64,000 bases of DNA from Escherichia coli (GTDB taxonomy: Bacteria; Pseudomonadota; Gammaproteobacteria; Enterobacterales; Enterobacteriaceae): assembly GCF_041248615.1 (NCBI RefSeq), contig NZ_CP158425.1; one strand, written 5' to 3'. Numbering within the stretch: the first letter of the stretch is position 1; each line of letters opens with the position of its first letter. The notes beneath the pieces are model-generated. The model did not search any database, was not told where the DNA came from, and saw only the letters and a list, made by a program, of their open reading frames with translations. Below are positions 7,843 to 18,793 of the stretch, piece after piece. The position numbers and the translations under genes were made by a program.

Positions 7843-10680
7843 TCCGAGCGGCGAAACATGGGCCAAGAGATCGGGCGATAGCAGCTTTCCATCGCGTTTC
7901 TGGTTTGCAACGACCTCGCCGAGCTTCATGGTGTTCCAGAAGATGATGATGGCGGCGAGCAGATTCATGCCGGCGATGCGGTAATGCTGGCCTTCGGCGG
8001 AACGGTCGCGGATTTCACCGCGGCGGTGGAAGCTGATTGCCCGCTTCAGCGCATGATGAGCTTCGCCTTTGTTGAGCCCGATCTGGGCACGCCGTTGGAG
8101 TTCGGCATCCAGAATCCAGTCGATCATGAACAGGGTGCGCTCGACGCGACCGACTTCCCGCAGGGCTGTCGCGAGCTCGTTCTGCCGCGGATAGGAGGCG
8201 AGTTTCCGCAGAATCTGGCTTGGCGCGACGGTCCCGGCAGCAATGGTGGCGGCGATGCGCAGGATGTCGGGCCAATTGCGCTCGATCATGGCTTGGTTGA
8301 CCTTTCCGCCGATCAACGCTCGCAGGTGCGCCGGGGCGGCCGACGGATTGAACGCGTAGAGCCGTTTGGATGGCAGGTCGCGGATGCGCGGAGCGAACCG
8401 GTAGCCGAGAATGGCACATGCGGCAAAGACGTGATCGGTGAAGCCGCCCGTGTCGGTGAACTGCTCGCGGATATGGCGTCCAGCATCGTTCATCAGCAGG
8501 CCATCGAGGATGTAAGGCGCTTCGCTTGCCGTTGCAGGAATCACCTGGGTTGCGAACGGCGCATATTGGTCGGAGACGTGGCTATAGGCTTTCAGGCCCG
8601 GGGTATTGCCATATTTCGCGTTGACCAGGTTCATGGCCTCACCTTGCTCTGTAGCGACGAAGAACTGTCCGTCGCTCGAAGCCGACGTGCCCATGCCCCA
8701 GAACCGGGCCATGGGTAACGCTGCCTGTGCCTCGACCACCATGGCCAGCGCCCGGTCATAGGCTTCGCCCTCGACATGCCACCGTCCAATGCGGATCAAT
8801 TCCCAGAAGGTGTGGGTGTTTGTCGCATCCGCCATTTTGCGCAAGCCGAGGTTGATCCCTTCCGCCAAGATAACGTTCATTAGCCCGATCCGGTCAGCGC
8901 AGGGTGCTCCTGTGCGCAGATGGGTGAACGCTTCGGTGAAGCCGGTCGCCGCATCCACCTCCAGCAGGAGATCGGTGATGCGCGTGGGCGGGATCTGCTT
9001 GTAGAGATCGAGCACCAGATCTTCGGCGCCTGTCGGCGCGGCGGCTTCGAGTTTCTCGATATGCAGAACGCCGTTTTCAATCGACCCGCCCGGGATCGTG
9101 CCTGCGCGAGCGGCACGGCCAAGCTCGCGCAACCGCATGTCGAGGCGAGCTTGCCGGTCTGCCAGCCATTCCTCCGGCCGCAATGGCACAGCGAGACGAC
9201 CGCCTTCCGCGATGGATTGTGCCGGAACGAGTGCGTGTTTCAGATCGCCATAGCGCCGGGACCTAGTAAGCCAGACATCTCCGGAGCGGAACGCATCGCG
9301 CAGATGGAACAGCACCGCGATCTCCCATAGGCGAGCGTCGCCAGCCCTCTGGGCCCGAAGGTGGCGATGCCATTTCGAGCTGGGCCGCAAGAAGCTGGTC
9401 ATCGCGGCATCGTTCAAACCGGTACGAAGGGCCGTCACCGCTTCCAGAAGCGGCAGTGCAACGGGCGCAGCTCGCAGATCGAGCAGGCGCAACATGCGTG
9501 GAGCGTATCGGCGGAAGCGGTGATAACCGTCGAGCACATGATTGAGCGGATCGTCGGCCATGGTGGCGGTCAGCCTGGTTGCCATTGCAACAAGGGTTTT
9601 TAAGCCGTCCCACCCTGACCCACTCGCGATGACATCGCCCAGCGGCTGGCCATCATCCTGTGCATCGACCAGGGCGCCCCCGATCTCGGCGAAGGATTTC
9701 AGGGTGTCACGCACCACCCCCGCTTCGTCTGCGACCTTTGCATGGCAAATACGCTCCGAAGCACGGTAGAGACGGCCGACGATCCGGTCGTGGGTTTCGA
9801 CCACTGCGTCGGCCAACATCGCCTGCCATTCCGAGACGCAAACAGCCAAGATCGCAAGCCGCCTGTCCTCCGGGAGATCGCGCATGCCGTCGGCATAATA
9901 CCGTTCACCCTGCCTGCGCAGACGAGTCACCCGATGGGCAGGAACGCCGGCAAGCAGATCCTCGGGGAGATCGATGCGTTGCAGATATTCGAGCCGGTCG
10001 AGCAGCCGGTTGGCCGACGAAGAGTTCGAGCCAGGCTCGAACTGGCGCAGCCACACAAAACGGGTCACCCGATCATCAGCCGTCTCCTCGAGCAATGCCA
10101 GCAACTGTTCTCGGATCGACATAGGCAGCCGACTGGCGATCCTCGTCTCGATGCGTCGCTCGGCATCGACGAGAGCCGCGGCACAAAGCCGCTCGATCGT
10201 GGATGTCGCGGGAAGGACAGTGCGGGTGCGTCGGCACTCGGCTACGAAGCGACGGGCGATATCCTCGTTCGACACCGCCATCTCGGCTTCTCGGAACAAC
10301 CATTCCTTCAGCTCGCTCGCACCACGTCCGGAGAAGGTGCGGAAGCCGTAGAGCCCCCGTAACTCGGCAAGATGCTCGTGCCGTGTTTCCTCGCGGGCAG
10401 CATAGTCTACGAGATCGTCGGCACCCAGGCCAAGCTGCGCTCCGATAAATTCGATGACCTCTGCAGGGATCAGTTCGCCTGGAGCCAGCACCCGGCCGGG
10501 ATAGCGCAGGACACACAATTGCAGGGCGAAGCCGAACCTGTTGTGAGCGCGCCGACGCAGCCTGATATGCCCAAGGTCTTCATCACTCAGCGTATAGTGC
10601 TTGAGCAAATCCGTCTGTGAAGTCGGCAAGCGCAACAGCGCGTCTTTCTGCCGATCGGTTAGAGTGACGCGACGCGGCAT
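7795..10680 (-). CDS. tnpA: Tn3-family transposase TnpA (Tn5393 type)
   Basis: 961-aa ORF ending inside the IR and divergent from tnpR. This is typical Tn3-family length and organisation. Confidence 0.9.
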   Translation of the reverse strand: MPRRVTLTDRQKDALLRLPTSQTDLLKHYTLSDEDLGHIRLRRRAHNRFGFALQLCVLRYPGRVLAPGELIPAEVIEFIGAQLGLGADDLVDYAAREETRHEHLAELRGLYGFRTFSGRGASELKEWLFREAEMAVSNEDIARRFVAECRRTRTVLPATSTIERLCAAALVDAERRIETRIASRLPMSIREQLLALLEETADDRVTRFVWLRQFEPGSNSSSANRLLDRLEYLQRIDLPEDLLAGVPAHRVTRLRRQGERYYADGMRDLPEDRRLAILAVCVSEWQAMLADAVVETHDRIVGRLYRASERICHAKVADEAGVVRDTLKSFAEIGGALVDAQDDGQPLGDVIASGSGWDGLKTLVAMATRLTATMADDPLNHVLDGYHRFRRYAPRMLRLLDLRAAPVALPLLEAVTALRTGLNDAAMTSFLRPSSKWHRHLRAQRAGDARLWEIAVLFHLRDAFRSGDVWLTRSRRYGDLKHALVPAQSIAEGGRLAVPLRPEEWLADRQARLDMRLRELGRAARAGTIPGGSIENGVLHIEKLEAAAPTGAEDLVLDLYKQIPPTRITDLLLEVDAATGFTEAFTHLRTGAPCADRIGLMNVILAEGINLGLRKMADATNTHTFWELIRIGRWHVEGEAYDRALAMVVEAQAALPMARFWGMGTSASSDGQFFVATEQGEAMNLVNAKYGNTPGLKAYSHVSDQYAPFATQVIPATASEAPYILDGLLMNDAGRHIREQFTDTGGFTDHVFAACAILGYRFAPRIRDLPSKRLYAFNPSAAPAHLRALIGGKVNQAMIERNWPDILRIAATIAAGTVAPSQILRKLASYPRQNELATALREVGRVERTLFMIDWILDAELQRRAQIGLNKGEAHHALKRAISFHRRGEIRDRSAEGQHYRIAGMNLLAAIIIFWNTMKLGEVVANQKRDGKLLSPDLLAHVSPLGWEHINLTGEYRWPKP

Positions 10681-10805
10681 ACATGTTCCTTTTTCAAAAT
10701 CTGATAGCGTTCAAGACGCTTTGTTTATGAAGCTGGTTGAGATACATTTCCAGAGGTCAATGCAATCGTGGCCGAAGCGCCGCCTCAAACCAACGTTTGT
10801 GATAC
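10681..10805. promoter_or_regulatory. tnpA-tnpR divergent intergenic region (expected res site and promoters)
   Basis: Assigned by position between the divergent tnpA and tnpR of a Tn3-family element. res subsites were not individually mapped. Confidence 0.5.
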
Positions 10806-11420
10806 ATGCTGATCGGATATGCCCGCGTCTCCAAAGCCGATGGCTCGCAGTCTCTCGACCTGCAGCACGACGCCTTGCGCGCCGCAGGTGTCGAACGGGA
10901 CAATATCTATGATGATCTTGCTTCCGGCGGTCGTGATGATCGCCCTGGCTTGACTGCCTGCCTCAAGTCATTGCGTGACGGCGATGTGCTGGTGGTCTGG
11001 AAGCTCGATCGCCTCGGACGATCGCTTGCCCATCTGGTCAACACGGTGAAGGAGCTGTCAGACCGCAAGATCGGCCTGCGGGTTCTGACTGGAAAGGGCG
11101 CTCAGATCGACACCACGACTGCGTCCGGTCGCATGGTGTTCGGAATCTTCGCCACCTTGGCCGAGTTCGAGCGGGATCTGATCCGAGAGCGCACCATGGC
11201 GGGTCTCGCCTCCGCGAGAGCGCGCGGTCGCAAGGGCGGACGAAAATTCGCGCTCACCAAAGCTCAGGTGCGTCTCGCGCAAGCCGCCATGGCCCAGCGC
11301 GATACTTCAGTTTCCGATCTCTGCAAGGAACTCGGCATCGAGCGCGTCACTCTCTACCGATATGTCGGTCCCAAAGGCGAGCTCAGAGACCATGGAAAGC
11401 ATGTTCTCGGACTTACGTAG
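10806..11420 (+). CDS. tnpR: serine-recombinase resolvase TnpR (Tn5393 type)
   Basis: MLIGYARVSKADGSQSLDLQ... has the serine-recombinase N-terminus and a C-terminal HTH. 204 aa. Confidence 0.9.
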   Translation: MLIGYARVSKADGSQSLDLQHDALRAAGVERDNIYDDLASGGRDDRPGLTACLKSLRDGDVLVVWKLDRLGRSLAHLVNTVKELSDRKIGLRVLTGKGAQIDTTTASGRMVFGIFATLAEFERDLIRERTMAGLASARARGRKGGRKFALTKAQVRLAQAAMAQRDTSVSDLCKELGIERVTLYRYVGPKGELRDHGKHVLGLT

Positions 11421-11450
11421 CAACTCGTTTCTTTTCGCAGGTTGAGCCAC

Positions 11451-11874
11451 AGAGGTGGATCAGGAAATTTGAACAACACTTATAAGTGATATTTTGCTCC
11501 CCAAATGATGTTATAAACATCAATATATGGAGTATTTTATGACACGTAGACCAAGAAGAAATCATTCAAATGACTTTAAAGCTAAGGTAGCACTTGCTGC
11601 GATTAAAGCAGAAAAAACACTTGCTGAATTGAGTGCTGAATTTGATGTTCATCAAAACCAAATTATTGACTGGAAAAATCAACTGATTTCAGCTTCCTCG
11701 CAAGCTTTCGATCAATCAAAAGCTCCAACAGAACCACCCATCGATCTAAAAAAACTACATGCAAAAATCGGTGAGCAGGCATTAGAAATTGATTTTTTAG
11801 AAGGTGTGTTGAAGAAACTGGGTCGCTTCAACCACAAAAGTTAATCGATGACTCACTTCAGATTTCAGTATCTA
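11451..11874 (+). mobile_element. 5' fragment of an IS3-family element that cuts the Tn5393 copy 30 bp after tnpR
   Basis: Its terminus AGAGGTGGATCAGGAAATTTGAACA is related to the ends of the intact IS at 13781-15064. Only orfA remains. Confidence 0.65.
11539..11844 (+). CDS. IS3-family OrfA
   Basis: MTRRPRRNHSNDFKAKVALAAIKAEKTLAELSAEF... is homologous to the OrfA at 14669-14980. Confidence 0.75.
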   Translation: MTRRPRRNHSNDFKAKVALAAIKAEKTLAELSAEFDVHQNQIIDWKNQLISASSQAFDQSKAPTEPPIDLKKLHAKIGEQALEIDFLEGVLKKLGRFNHKS

Positions 11875-11938
11875 GGGTCAGGACCCATTGATTTGAACTG
11901 ACGGCTGTGATTCAGATGGGCGTATAGGAGCCCGACTG

Positions 11939-12289
11939 ATGAGTAATTTGTTTTGGCTGACGGACGAGCAAATGGCTCGTCTTCAGCCCTATTTCCCCAA
12001 GAGCCATGGCCGCCAGCGCGTTGATGATCGACGCGTTCTGAGCGGCATCATCTTCGTCAACCGCAACGGGCTGCGTTGGCGTGATGCGCCGAAGGAATAT
12101 GGCCCGGCGAAGACGCTTTATAACCGCTGGAAACGCTGGGGCGACAAGGGCGTATTTATCCAGATGATGGAAGGTCTGGCCGTGCCTGAAGCCGCAGAGC
12201 ACAAGACCATCATGATCGATGCGACCTATCTCAAGGCCCACCGCACGGCTTCCAGCTTGCGGGTAAAAAAGGGGGCGCGGGCCGCCTGA
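11939..12289 (+). CDS. IS5-family transposase OrfA
   Basis: MSNLFWLTDEQMARLQPYFPKSHGRQRVDDRRVLSGIIFV... is the typical IS427-group N-terminal part. Confidence 0.75.
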   Translation: MSNLFWLTDEQMARLQPYFPKSHGRQRVDDRRVLSGIIFVNRNGLRWRDAPKEYGPAKTLYNRWKRWGDKGVFIQMMEGLAVPEAAEHKTIMIDATYLKAHRTASSLRVKKGARAA

Positions 12290-12309
12290 TTGGACGCACG
12301 AAAGGCGGC

Positions 12310-12699
12310 ATGAACACCAAGCTTCATGCCGTAACGGATGCGAGTGGTCGCCCGATCAGCTTCTTCATAACGGCAGGCCAGGTCAGCGATTACACCGGTG
12401 CTGCCGCCTTGCTTGATGAACTTCCCAAGGCCAAATGGTTGCTGGCCGACCGTGGCTATGATGCCGACTGGTATCGTGACGCTTTACAGGCGAAGGGGAT
12501 CACTCCCTGCATTCCAGGTCGAAAATCCCGCAAGAAGACCATCAAATACGACAAACGCCGCTACAAACGGCGCAACCGGATCGAGATCATGTTCGGGCGT
12601 CTCAAAGACTGGCGGCGTGTCGCTACGCGTTACGACCGGTGCCCAATGGCCTTTCTCTCCGCCATCGCTCTCGCTGCGACCGTTATCTTCTGGCTATGA
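12310..12699 (+). CDS. IS5-family transposase OrfB (DDE part)
   Basis: ...LLADRGYDADWYRDAL...RNRIEIMFGRLKDWRRVATRYDR is the characteristic IS5/IS427 C-terminal motif. Confidence 0.75.
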   Translation: MNTKLHAVTDASGRPISFFITAGQVSDYTGAAALLDELPKAKWLLADRGYDADWYRDALQAKGITPCIPGRKSRKKTIKYDKRRYKRRNRIEIMFGRLKDWRRVATRYDRCPMAFLSAIALAATVIFWL

Positions 12700-12718
12700 G
12701 CAATGAGTCCTGACCCTA

Positions 12719-13318
12719 GCGCATATCAAGCCAGAGGAGCCTGAGGTACTTGGTCTTTTAGCCCTCATGGAACTCCAGTGCTCTCGGCTGCTTGCCCGAC
12801 AAGATCGTCAAGGCTTGCCAGTGCCGCTCGATCGTCAGGATCGTGGCTTGTGGGATCGATTGCTCATACGTCGAGGTCTGGAGATAGTTGAGCGAGCATG
12901 CCGCATGTCGTCTCCCACTGGATGGTATCTTCTGCAAGCGTTGATTTCTGCTTGTCACGCGCGGGCTGCGAGCTTTCGAGACACCAATTGGCGAGAGATA
13001 CTGGCGAGATATGACGCGCTCTTCCTGTTGAGCCCTACATACGTAGTTGCCCTCAATCGAGCAGTCGCTGTGTCGTGGGCCATGAACCCCGCTGCAGGGA
13101 TGGCGGTCCTTAAGGCGATTGAGGACGAGTGGGACGTGGAGACCTACCCGCTTTTTCACGCGACGCGGGCGGATTTCCTTTCGCGTCTTGGTTTCCAAGA
13201 CCAAGCTGCGGCAGCCTATCAGGCTGCGGCCGTACTCAGCACCAACCTACCTCAAAAGTTGTTCTTGGTCACGCGCGCTGAGGAATGCCTGGCAGGGTCT
13301 CGGACAGATGTTGGATAA
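12719..13318 (+). pseudogene. C-terminal fragment of an ECF-type sigma-70 factor (DUF6596-like C-terminal domain)
   Basis: The open frame from the IS boundary reads ...EVLGLLALMELQCSRLLARQDRQGLPVPLDRQDRGLWD...LNRAVAVSWAMNP.... It has no N-terminal sigma regions. GC-rich. Confidence 0.45.
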
Positions 13319-13841
13319 CATCAGTCGATTGACGGTGATTGCGCGCACGTGGACGCGCATCATGACAGGTATGACGAGCCTTTGAACGTCCGCTGGCTGT
13401 GCCGGCGCCATCATATCCGGCTGCACTTCTACGGTGAGGACATGTTTCCTATGTGCAGGCCGCATCACGTATGAACGGCGGCTCTCCGGTTATGCCTCAA
13501 CGCCGCTGAAAGCGTCGCGCGGTCAGTCAGCCATGACGATCATACCTTATTCAGATCATGCGATCGGCGCCCTGCCATCAGGAGGATGAAATGCGTAAAG
13601 ATCAGATCCCGGATTTCGTTGATGAGATCTTCGCCACCGGCTGCCCAATCACCGCAGTAGGACAAGATTGCTATGTTTTGCAGAGAGCGATCTGCTGGCA
13701 GAAGACTTCGACCGTGTTGGTGAGGTGGTCGATAAAATCTGCCAGCGATAAGGAAAGCGTGACCATCTGTTGCTGACATCAGAGGTGGCTCGGTTTGTCT
13801 GAACAGTTTTGGGCGTTTTGCTAAGTGGATTTCCGCCTTGA

Positions 13842-14672
13842 TTATGCCGCCACCATCATTGGTGCCAGCGCGTTGAAGTAGGCCTGATCCGGCGTCTGCC
13901 GGTCAAGGGATGAATGTGGACGTCGGCTATTGTAGAAGGCGAGATAGCGGCCGATGCCAGCGCGAGCCTCGGATACGGTCTTGTAGGCGTGGAGATAGAC
14001 CTCTTCGTATTTGATCGACCGCCAGAGCCGCTCGACGAAGACGTTGTCGCGCCACGCGCCCTTGCCATCCATCGAGATGGCGATCTCCGCCTTCTTCAGC
14101 ACGGCTGTGAAGTCGATGGAGGTGAACTGCGAACCCTGATCGGTGTTGAATATTTCAGGCTTTCCATAGCGGGCCAGCGCGTCCTCGACCGCTTCGATGC
14201 AGAAGTCCGCCTCCATCGTGATCGACAGCCGCCAGGACAGAACCCGCCGGCTAAACCAGTCCACGACGGCGCAGAGATAGACGAATCCCCGCGCCATCGG
14301 CACATACGTTATGTCCATTGCCCAGACCTGGTTGGGCCGGGTGACCGCCAGCTTGCGCAGGAGATAAGGATAGATTTTGTGACCTGGCGCTGGTTTGGAG
14401 GTGTTCGGGCGACGGTAGATTGCCTCGATGCCCATCTTCTTCATCAGCGTGGCGACGTGCAACCGCCCGACCTCGGTCCCTTCACCCCTCAAAAGCCCTT
14501 GCAACATCCGACTTCCGGCGAACGGATAGTCGAGGTGCAGTTCGTCGATCCGCCGCATCAGGTCCAGATCGCCGTCGGACACTTGACGTGGAGAATAGTA
14601 GACACTGCCACGGCTGAAGCCGAGAAGCCTGGCCTGACGTGCGACCGACAGTTTGTGTGTTCGGTCGATCAT
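13842..14672 (-). CDS. IS3-family OrfB (DDE/rve catalytic part)
   Basis: ...NQVWAMDITYVPMARGFVYLCAVVDWFSRRVLSW...FNTDQGSQFTS... is the rve core. Confidence 0.85.
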   Translation of the reverse strand: MIDRTHKLSVARQARLLGFSRGSVYYSPRQVSDGDLDLMRRIDELHLDYPFAGSRMLQGLLRGEGTEVGRLHVATLMKKMGIEAIYRRPNTSKPAPGHKIYPYLLRKLAVTRPNQVWAMDITYVPMARGFVYLCAVVDWFSRRVLSWRLSITMEADFCIEAVEDALARYGKPEIFNTDQGSQFTSIDFTAVLKKAEIAISMDGKGAWRDNVFVERLWRSIKYEEVYLHAYKTVSEARAGIGRYLAFYNSRRPHSSLDRQTPDQAYFNALAPMMVAA

Positions 14673-14980
14673 TTCTTTCCGCCCAGCAATCCCGCTTTGC
14701 CGAGCGCTCCGGCTAAAAAATCATTCTCCAATGTCAGTTCGCCTATTTTGGCGTGCAGCGTTTTGACATCGACGGTTGGACCTGCCGGTTCCGCCTTCGC
14801 TTCATCGCCGAAAACGCCTGTCGCCCCATCAAGGAGCTGGTCTTTCCACTGTTTGATCTGGTTGGCATGCACGTCGAACTGCTGGGACAATTCCACCAGC
14901 GTCTGCTCACCTCGGATCGCGGCGAGCGCCACTTTTGCCTTGAAAGCCGGGCTGTGGTTCCGGCGCGGTCGTCTTGTCAT
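14669..14980 (-). CDS. IS3-family OrfA
   Basis: MTRRPRRNHSPAFKAKVALAAIRGEQTLVELSQQF...; overlaps OrfB by 4 nt. Confidence 0.8.
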   Translation of the reverse strand: MTRRPRRNHSPAFKAKVALAAIRGEQTLVELSQQFDVHANQIKQWKDQLLDGATGVFGDEAKAEPAGPTVDVKTLHAKIGELTLENDFLAGALGKAGLLGGKK

Positions 14981-15999
14981 GGTATCTCCTGTTCCCGGCA
15001 TCTAAGCCGAAGTCAGGCAGAAATTCCACTTATCACCGCTGTGCAGATTTCCCGAGCCACCTCTATCGTCGATCATTTGAGGAGCCTCGGCCGTTTCTAC
15101 GACCTGCGGCTTGAGACACTCCAATAGCGACTATGGGTCGGTCCGCGCTTTAGAATAAGGGATCTAGACCCTGTCGCCAATTTTGGCCTGACGGGGGTTT
15201 CCAGCTACGCCTTCATATGTCGTGCCTCAGCCGCGCTGCAAGCGCCGGGCACTGATGCCCAGCATGCTGGTGGTCTTCACCTTTCCGCCGACGCGCCTGA
15301 GGATGATGATTGCCGCGTCCGTGGCCAGCCCGGTGCCGATGGCAGCCAAATGACCCAATTGGAACGGCAGATAGCCCGGCTTGACCACGAGAAGCACTCC
15401 GATGAAGCCGATGACCACGGCGGTCCACCGCCGAACCGCGATGCTGAAGCCACAAATCGAGCTTTGCGAGGAGTTTCTTTATCCGTCTCAATGAGATAAG
15501 GGCCAACTTTAGATCAAGTGCGTCGTAGTACGGCGTGCACCTTGGGCTTGATCCAGCTATAGTGTAATTGTATGCTGGAAATATGTGCAACCCTGGTGTC
15601 TAGGCCGTGCGAAGCCAATCAGGCTCGAAAGTCGTTGCGGGTTGTTATCCGTTAAAGGCGGCGACTGTAGCCGCCGCTATTTGGCCCCTTGATACCATTT
15701 AGCATTTGGAGCTTTAGGTTCTATAATTTAACGTTACGCTACAGCCGACACCCCGCTTGCCTGAGCGTTTGGATTTCAATCACTTAGTAGACCAACTTGC
15801 GGGTCGACGGTTCGTGTCCCTTCAAGGCGGAGGCTTCGGCAGCTGGCGTCTCTATGCCGCGGTGGTGCTTTTCCGAAACGGAAGTCGCCCATTCGCGTCA
15901 CGTAAACCGACCGTCAGGCGGTACGGCTTAGGAGAATAATCGCAAAGCAGACTGAGACCACCACCCTCGCGCTACCCTTTGCGCAGGCGTCGAAGGCGA

Positions 16000-16542
16000 T
16001 CAGGTGCGCTGATCGAGTCTGTCGAGCACCATCGCTGCAAGTTCATCGCTGGTGTGTGCACCACTATCGAGAACACGGGTTGTGGACGGAAGCCGTTCCC
16101 TTGCGGCCAAGCATCGGGCGACATTCGCTAATCGCCACTCTCGAATCTCCGCATTCCGATTCGGGTCAGGATGCATGGTCTGGTTCGAGATCCGGTGACG
16201 CAATAGGTCCTCGTTAAGCATCAGAAAGATGTGCAGCAGCTGATCGTCGATCTGCCTTAACCCGTCGAGTATCTCAGTCAGATAGTCCGGGTGCACGAGC
16301 GTCATTGGGATGATGATGTCCTGCGAGTAATTCCTGCGAATCTCGCTGACCGCAGCGATCGTAAGTCCCCTCCACAAGGGGAGATCCTGATAGTCTCCGC
16401 TCGCTGGTATGGGGACCGTTTCTTTCACCACGAACCCGATTTCCTCAGGGTCAAAGATCAGCGATTTCGGACGCCGATCGCGCAGCCGCTCAGCGAGAGT
16501 CGTCTTTCCGGCGCCGAAAGGTCCGTTGATCCAGATTATCAT
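16000..16542 (-). CDS. tmrB: tunicamycin-resistance-like ATP-binding protein TmrB
   Basis: MIIWINGPFGAGKTTLAERL has a P-loop. 180 aa, immediately downstream of aac(3)-II as in the known aac(3)-II/tmrB module. Confidence 0.8.
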   Translation of the reverse strand: MIIWINGPFGAGKTTLAERLRDRRPKSLIFDPEEIGFVVKETVPIPASGDYQDLPLWRGLTIAAVSEIRRNYSQDIIIPMTLVHPDYLTEILDGLRQIDDQLLHIFLMLNEDLLRHRISNQTMHPDPNRNAEIREWRLANVARCLAARERLPSTTRVLDSGAHTSDELAAMVLDRLDQRT

Positions 16543-16554
16543 TGTCGACGGCCT

Positions 16555-17415
16555 CTAACCGGAAGGCTCGCAAGAGCGCTGGGCGGCTTCGTGTGCTGGC
16601 ACGATCGGAGTGGCTCCGAAGTGCTTCTCAAGATAGGTGACGCCGAACGTCACGATGTCCTGCGCGTCGAACAGGTAGCACTGAGCAAAGCCCACGACAC
16701 CTTCTCGATGGCGACCGAGCTTCACGTAAGCATTTGCTATAGTTTCGACCGCATCCGGCTTTCCTTCGATAGCAAAGCAATCGAGAATGCCGTTTGAATC
16801 GTATTCTGATGCCGTTTTCCAGGCGACTTCACCGTTTCTTCCAAGCATCGGCATCTCATACGTCACCCATCGTTTGTTGGGGATATCCGCAACCGCCTCG
16901 GCGTAGTGCAATGCGGTAACGGAGTTTAGCGGCGCACCCAACAGCAGGGCCTTCCCGCCAAGGCGGACGAACCGCTCGACGGGCGACCCTTCCCCCAAGG
17001 CGTGACCGAGTTCGTGAGGCTCCGTCAGCGTTTCAGCTAGCGGACCAACCGCGACCATCGATGCATCGGGGTGCGCGCTGCGCCGCGCGCCGGGGGCTTG
17101 AACCAGAAATTGATTCAGCAGGCCGAACCCACGGTAAGTCCCGGCCGTTGCGGGATCGAACGGCGGCCAGGTACGGCGGGCTTTGTCATCCAACCGAGCG
17201 CCATTCAGAGTCTCCTCGTAGGGTGATCGGTCCCACGACGCGTATCCCATCACAGTGCCAGTCGGCCCAACCGCGGAGCGTAACGCGGCAACGACCGTCT
17301 CCGCTCCTCCTTCGACCGGACCAATCGCTTTAAGTGAGGCATGCACCATCAACAGGTCACCGGTTTGGACTCCGAGTTTTCGAATTGCCTCCGTTATTGC
17401 CTTCCGCGTATGCAT
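16555..17415 (-). CDS. aac(3)-II: aminoglycoside 3-N-acetyltransferase AAC(3)-II (IIa/IId/IIe group; allele not resolvable by eye)
   Basis: MHTRKAITEAIRKLGVQTGDLLMVHASLKAIGPVEGGAETVV... 286 aa; matches the AAC(3)-II family from memory. Confidence 0.9.
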   Translation of the reverse strand: MHTRKAITEAIRKLGVQTGDLLMVHASLKAIGPVEGGAETVVAALRSAVGPTGTVMGYASWDRSPYEETLNGARLDDKARRTWPPFDPATAGTYRGFGLLNQFLVQAPGARRSAHPDASMVAVGPLAETLTEPHELGHALGEGSPVERFVRLGGKALLLGAPLNSVTALHYAEAVADIPNKRWVTYEMPMLGRNGEVAWKTASEYDSNGILDCFAIEGKPDAVETIANAYVKLGRHREGVVGFAQCYLFDAQDIVTFGVTYLEKHFGATPIVPAHEAAQRSCEPSG

Positions 17416-17491
17416 CGCGATATCTCCTTTTAAATTAAAAATGAAGTTTTAAATCAATCTAAAGTATATATGAGTAAACTTGGTCTGACAG

Positions 17492-18364
<873 letters not shown>

Positions 18365-18517
18365 TCAATATTATTGAAGCATTTATCAGGGTTATTGTCT
18401 CATGAGCGGATACATATTTGAATGTATTTAGAAAAATAAACAAATAGGGGTTCCGCGCACATGGTGATGCTGCCAACTTACTGATTTAGTGTATGATGGT
18501 GTTTTTGAGGTGCTCCA

Positions 18518-18793
18518 GTGGCTTCTGTTTCTATCAGCTGTCCCTCCTGTTCAGCTACTGACGGGGTGGTGCGTAACGGCAAAAGCACCGCCGGACATCA
18601 GCGCTATCTCTGCTCTCACTGCCGTAAAACATGGCAACTGCAGTTCACTTACACCGCTTCTCAACCCGGTACGCACCAGAAAATCATTGATATGGCCATG
18701 AATGGCGTTGGATGCCGGGCAACCGCCCGCATTATGGGCGTTGGCCTCAACACGATTTTCCGCCATTTAAAAAACTCAGGCCGCAGTCGGTAA
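18518..18793 (+). CDS. insA: IS1 InsA
   Basis: [43 protein letters not shown]... Confidence 0.95.
   Translation: MASVSISCPSCSATDGVVRNGKSTAGHQRYLCSHCRKTWQLQFTYTASQPGTHQKIIDMAMNGVGCRATARIMGVGLNTIFRHLKNSGRSR

Larger units (their letters stand above)
11875..12716 (+). mobile_element. IS5-family (IS427-group-like) insertion sequence, 842 bp
   Basis: Inverted ends GGGTCAGGACCCATTG / CAATGAGTCCTGACCC are flanked by TA within CTAG on both sides. Two ORFs with an A6G5 slippery run at 12265-12275. Confidence 0.75.
13781..15064 (-). mobile_element. intact IS3-family insertion sequence (1284 bp) with 3-bp target duplication ATC
   Basis: Ends AGAGGTGGCTCGG... / ...CCGAGCCACCTCT. ATC sits at 13778-13780 and 15065-15067. 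OrfA and OrfB overlap. Confidence 0.85.

Noticed and set aside
7984-10620. Many 70-250-aa ORFs on both strands inside the Tn5393 tnpA gene (e.g. 7984-8718, 9742-10362, 10076-10516)
   Set aside because: These are typical GC-rich shadow ORFs overlapping a 961-aa transposase gene. They have no RBS and a biased Arg/Ala/Pro composition.
15213-15590. 125-aa and 63-aa ORFs as genes
   Set aside because: Only a short stretch (about 15227-15418) resembles an EamA/DMT transporter fragment. There is no start context, and the flanks are mosaic debris, so it was not annotated as a gene.
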